From positions 13,330,001 to 13,394,000 of the forward strand of contig OZ024747.1 of assembly GCA_964016885.1 (NCBI GenBank): a stretch of 64,000 nt of DNA. The letters are read 5' to 3'. The notes beneath the pieces were generated by a model. The model did no database searches and was not told the DNA's origin. It saw only the letters and a list, made by a program, of their open reading frames with translations. Shown here piece by piece: positions 12,496-64,000 of the stretch. Positions within the stretch are counted from its first letter, which is position 1, and each line of letters begins with the position of its first letter. Origin of the DNA: Eledone cirrhosa. Lineage: Eukaryota. The position numbers were made by a program, and so were the translations under genes.

Positions 12496-14270
12496 CCGAC
12501 GCTGATAAGAAGGTAGCTTGGAAGTGTCACTACGAAAGGCTTCTAAATGAGGAGAACAAATGGGAGAAAGACAGTCTCCCCCAGATCGATCCAATAGAGG
12601 GACCAGCAGTGTTAGTTGAAGGTAGTATAATAAGTAAGGCAATCAAAGATATGAAGACGGGTAAGGCGGCTGGGCCTTCGGAAATAGTTGCTGAGATGCT
12701 GAAGGCATCTGGTTCGGTGGGACACACCATGGTCACCCGGATAGTTAACCAAGTCGTACAGAATGGGGTTGTTCCGAAGGAATGGCGTAGCAGCATCATC
12801 GTTAACTGCTATAAGGGAAAAGGAGATGCCCTAGATAGGAGTAACTATAGAGGCATTAAATTAATCGACCAGGTCATGAAGGTCACGGAAAAAGTAATAG
12901 CGCAACTAATCAGAGAGAGAATTGATCTAGATGAAATGCAGTTCGGGTTTGTGTCAGGCAAAAGTACCACAGACGCTCTTTTCATTGTACGACAACTACA
13001 GGAGAAGTACCTAGCTAAAAGTAAACCCCTATACTTAGCTTTTGTCGACTTGGAGAAAGCCTTCGACAGAGTCCCCCGTTCCATTATCTGGTGGTCTCTT
13101 AGAAAACTAGGTGTTGACGAATGGCTTGTGAGAGCTATACAAGCCATGTATAAAGAAACAGTCAGTAAGGTTAGAATTAACAACGAATATAGTGAAGAGT
13201 TTAGCGTAAAAGTTGGTGTCCATCAGGGCTCTGTACTTAGCCCCCTACTATTTATTATTGCCCTTCAGGCTATAACAGAGGAGTTCAAGACCGGCTGCCC
13301 ATGGGAACTCCTATACGCAGATGATCTAACGCTCATAGCTGAATCAATGACCGAACTAGAGAAGAAATTCCAAACGTGGAAGCACGGCCTAGAATCAAAA
13401 GGCCTTAAAATTAACCTGGCTAAGACTAAAGTTCTAGTTTGTAGGAAAGAAAATAAGGCGGCGGTCCCATCGGGGAAATGGCCATGCTCAGTGTGTAGGA
13501 AAGGCGTAGGTAGAAACTCCATTTTATGTCCCAAATGCAAAGTATGGGTGCATAAAAGATGTAGTGGGATCACAGGTAAGCTAACTAAGAACATAGATTT
13601 TACATGTGGCCGGTGCTCTGGTGCAATAAGTAGCAGCAAGTGCCCACAAAATACTAGCTCCTTCAACTGCGCAGAGGGTTCTATAGAAATAGTGGACAGC
13701 TTCCGTTATCTGGGTGACAAAATCAGCAGTGGGGGAGGGTGCTCTGAAAGTACAGTAGCTAGAGTCAGAACTGGATGGAAAAAGTTCAGAGAGCTTATAC
13801 CACTATTAGCCGCTAGAGGGTTCTCCCTAAAAATGAAAGGCAGGTTATACGATGCCTGCATACGAACAGCAATGCTGCATGGCAGTGAGACCTGGGCATT
13901 GTGTGCAGAGGATATACGCAGACTAGAGAGGAACAAAGCTTGCATGCTCCGCTGGATGTGCAATAGTAATATACGTGAACGGCAAAGCATAAACGAACTA
14001 AGGAAAAAATTAGAAATAAGAGGGATCAGATGTTGTTTACTCGAGAGAAGGCTACGTTGGTACGGTCACGTGATGCGCATGAAAGACGACAGCTGTATAA
14101 CAAAGTGCAGGGCAATAAAGATAGACGGTAGCCACGGAGTAGGCAGACCCAGAAAAACATGGGACGAGCTGATAAATTCCGACCTCACACGCTTACACCT
14201 CTCCAAGACAATGTCACTGGACCGAGACCTTTGGCGGTACTCAGTAATAGAGAAGACCCGCCTTACCTAA
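12493..14270 (+). CDS. Non-LTR reverse transcriptase (RTE), 5'-truncated, with internal PHD-type finger
   Basis: Motifs NYRGIKL, QFGF, AFVDLEKAFDRV, GVHQGSVLSPLLF, LLYADD (13314-13325), FRYLG, RRLRWYGHV. The ORF-track start at 12417 runs through (TA)n and is spurious. Confidence 0.9.
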
Positions 14271-14779
14271 ATACAAAGTAAAAACCTACTACAGTCAGTA
14301 GGCACCTCTATCAAAACACACCCCCGTCCCACCACCTCCACCCCACCCACACCGCCCCTTTCAATGTAAAGTTATGTTGGTCCCACAACATCCAGGCCGA
14401 AACAAATGAGATCGGATAGGTGTCACGACAAAAAACACACAGTCCACGCTGTAAATGTGGCCGTGTAGGCAACACGGTAAAAACCTCCCAGCCCCACACT
14501 GTAAATGTGGTTGGTGTTAGGAAGGGCATCCAGCTGTAGAAAACCCGCCAGACAGTCCACGCTGTAATGTGGCCGTGTAGGCAACACAGTAAAAACCTCC
14601 CAGCCCCACACTGTAAATGTGGTTGGTGTTAGGAAGGGCATCCAACTGTAGAAAACCCGCCAGACAGTCCTATGCGAGCAAGACAACCACTCTTGCCTCA
14701 AGTGGGAAAACCCCCGTCCAAACCCATGCAAGCGTGGAACACGGACGCTAAACCTGATGATGATGATGATGATGATGAT
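12493..14779 (+). mobile_element. 5'-truncated RTE-clade LINE
   Basis: Uninterrupted RT ORF, 3' UTR with a tandem duplication of about 113 bp (14439-14663), (GAT)n tail, (TA)n on both sides; endonuclease domain absent. Confidence 0.95.
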
Positions 14780-15019
14780 ATATATATATATATATTATTG
14801 TTTTATTCATTATTTTTTTAATATTTTATCTTGACTCTGTATTCCGTTTATCTTTCACCGAAAGTGATTTTTGAATGCATCTCTTCTTTCCATGATATCC
14901 GGATTACATTGAGTTCTTCATACGGATTGGACACTACCGTAAACTCTTGGTAGATTTATCTACATATATATATATATATATATATAAATATATATTTCTT
15001 TAGAAATCATCAGGAATCT

Positions 15020-15068
15020 GATTCCTGATGATTTCTAAAGAATGAAACAGTTCTTGTCCTGTAGAATC
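15020..15068 (+). ncRNA. Type I minimal hammerhead ribozyme motif
   Basis: GATTC-CTGATGA-tTTCtaaaGAAt-GAA-ACAG..CTGT-A-GAATC: stems I, II and III present, GUA cleavage triplet; the stem II basal pair is a U-U mismatch. Confidence 0.6.
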
Positions 15069-15313
15069 TCATCCATATTAAAACTATATATATATATATA
15101 AGTATGTATACGTACATACATATATGTATACAGACGTACAGTAGTATGTATATATATATACATACATGCACTCATATATATATGTACGTATGGATTCACC
15201 GAACATTTATTATAATGTTCGGTGTGTTTGTAAAGAAACACCCCGAATTAAACCGTACAGTGTCTAGCAACCGTCGTTGCTCATTTGTTCATATATATAT
15301 ATATATATATGTA

Positions 15314-15665
15314 TCATTTCATCATCATCATCATCATTTCATTTTACGTCTGCTTTTCCCTGCTTGCAAGGGTGGGACGGGAACTGATTCTGGCTTGATT
15401 TCTACAGCTGGATGCCCTTCCTAACACCAACCTCATTTACAGTGAGTGCTGGGTGCTTTTTTTGCCGTGGCACCTGCACGACCACTTTGCAGTGGAATGA
15501 TATAGACCTCAGTCCCTATCATCTCATTTCTACAGCTGAGTAAACTGGAACAATGTGAAATAAAGTGTCTTGCTCAAGGAAACAACACATCACCCGGTCT
15601 GAGAATTGAATTCACAACCTTTCGATTGCAAGGCCAATGCTCTAACCACTAAGCCATGTGCCTCC
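15314..15665 (-). mobile_element. tRNA-derived CORE-like SINE with RTE-derived tail
   Basis: Near-identical to 8111-8433. Confidence 0.75.
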
Positions 15666-15720
15666 ATTAAAAGATAATTAAGCCATGTGCCTCCATTAAA
15701 AGATAATTATACATGCACAC

Positions 15721-15756
<36 letters not shown>

Positions 15757-16008
15757 GTATTGTGTAAACAAAGTTTTATACACTTAACATGTATGTGTCA
15801 CCTTAGGTTTCGGAGTCCAGTTATGGCCACCACTGTATAGTGGAGGAACCCCTTCAATACTGACCGCTCATCAGGTGATAGGACAAAGGGATCACGACAT
15901 GTGGTGAGGTGCCGTGCTGGGAAGGATCTGTCCAACCCATGCAAGCATGGAAATGCTGACGTGAAAATGATGATGATGATAATACACACACACATCCACA
16001 CCACACAC

Positions 16009-16065
<57 letters not shown>

Positions 16066-16794
16066 CAGATGCACAAAAAGAAACTCTCTCTTTCATACAC
16101 ACACACACAGACCACACCACACACACACATATATCATCATCATCATCATCATCATCATCATTATCATCATTATTTTACGTCTGCTTTTCCCTGCTTGCAA
16201 GGGTGGGACGGGTCCTATTCAGCACAGCATCTCTCCATTTGTCACGGTATATTAATATAGAAGGGCATCCAGCCATAGAAAACCTGCCAGATAGTCCTAT
16301 TCGAGCGAGACACGGTCACCCGTCGAATCTTGCCTCAAGTGGGACAATTCCCGTCTAACCCATGCTAGCGTGGAAGATAGACGTTAAATGATGATGATGA
16401 TGATGATGTATATATATATATATATATATATACACATACACAAAAACAAACTCTCTCTCTTTCACATACACACACATATACATACAGTCACATAATACAT
16501 ATTGCGTAATCAAATGGTATATAATGATTAAGATGGAATTACTATATGTGATTGTGCTGACTCATATTGCTGATGGGATTAACAAAGATCTTTTAATTAA
16601 TGCAATATTGTTATTGTGGAATATCACAATATTGTGATTGGTATTTCAGTTATGTTTTATAGTGTTTGTTGTGTTGATATTAATAAAGTCTATTTTAATC
16701 TCCACCCTACCACTGTCCACTTCACCCACCCAATTTTTCTCTCTCTTCAATCTAAAGTTAAATTTCAAATGAATTCAATTTTTCTTCTTTCCAG

Positions 16795-62845
<46,051 letters not shown>

Positions 62846-63387
62846 GTCTGCAACATTTCTTCTGTGATTTAATCACATTCAAATATATTTATTTTACAGA
62901 CATTTCACATTCCATCTGATTTTATCCTCTACACATTCACTTATAACCTCTATCATTTTTTAAAGGAAAGGGTCGCCTTCGATCATGACTGAGTATAGGT
63001 CTGCCTCACAATGCACACACCTGTGCAGGATATATTGTGGAAGACCCTCTGACAACCATGTATGCAAATCAACCCTCTCCATGACACCTATACATCTTTG
63101 CACCACGTCTATAAATTCATTTACATATTATACTATTTTACATTTATAGAATCATTTATCCTATACCGTTTACACTCTGTACTTTAATAATGATTTCTAG
63201 TATAACTCTGTACCTTAATAATAGAAAGCATGTTAAAAGAAAAACCAAAAATGTTGAATATAATTTTATAACAGAAGTGAACTACAAAATTATTCAAGGG
63301 ACGCTATTTATATTTACAAAACTTTTAGTTACTTCCCTTATATTCCTTCACCATATTCCAAATAGCAAACATTATTGATTGATGATT

Positions 63388-63577
63388 GAAGGGCGATGGA
63401 TTGGCAGTATCGGTAGAGGGTCAGACGCCATGCTTTGATGTATAGAGTTACGGCCCTTGCCAGTCTGAGTTCAAATCCCGCCGAGGTTAACTTTGCCTTT
63501 CCTCCTTACGGGGTCGATAAAATAAAGTACCAGTAATGCACTGAGTAATTGCTGGCCTTGTGCCAAAAGTAGAAACA
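63388..63577 (+). mobile_element. Family A SINE, full length with TSD
   Basis: 17-bp direct repeat ATTATTGATTGATGATT at 63371-63387 and 63578-63594. Confidence 0.9.
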
Positions 63578-64000
63578 ATTATTGATTGATGATTTTCAAA
63601 TAATTCTCAATAATTTAGACAGATTTAGTAATATAACCAACTTTTTGAATATTCAGCTGATGTTTAGAGCATAATTTAAAGGATCTTACCTAAAATTATG
63701 ATGGTAGATTTATAGATAAATATAAACATTTTAAAATAAACAGCTTAGTATTGTAGGATCTGGGGCATTCCAGGCAGTTTAGAATTGAAAGGGATATATA
63801 TTTATATATTTAACCTTTTAGCATTTACATTACTCTATATTTACTATTATATTTTTGTGGTAAAGGCTTTACCTCACATAATTATCTCACATAATATCAA
63901 ATGTATGAGATTTTGATATTATTTATTTTGAGAACCATACCTTAACATCAGTATGAGTGACCAGTTACAGAAAGTTTGAGCAGAAAGAGGTGAAAGAATT

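Noticed and set aside
12530-13990. Minus-strand ORFs over the RTE
   Set aside because: Antisense shadows of the RT reading frame.

Overview
AT-rich, microsatellite- and transposon-dense animal DNA whose repeat content resembles an octopus or other cephalopod genome (inferred, not searched). The main feature is the 5' third of an axonemal outer-arm dynein heavy chain gene (DNAH5/DNAH8 type) on the + strand. I traced 30 exons between 16795 and 62845, all GT-AG and phase-consistent, giving 4672 nt (about 1557 codons) of tail and linker. The gene continues past the window and its start exon was not found. The introns and upstream region hold a 5'-truncated RTE LINE with an open RT and a PHD-type finger, decayed RTE and Tx1 fragments, two tRNA-derived SINE families, a non-autonomous Helitron, several MITEs and large minisatellites. 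The most unusual signals are two + strand minimal hammerhead ribozyme motifs of Penelope type (15020-15068 and 46018-46072). Each is directly preceded by its own antisense copy, and the second sits in a perfect 442-bp palindrome.
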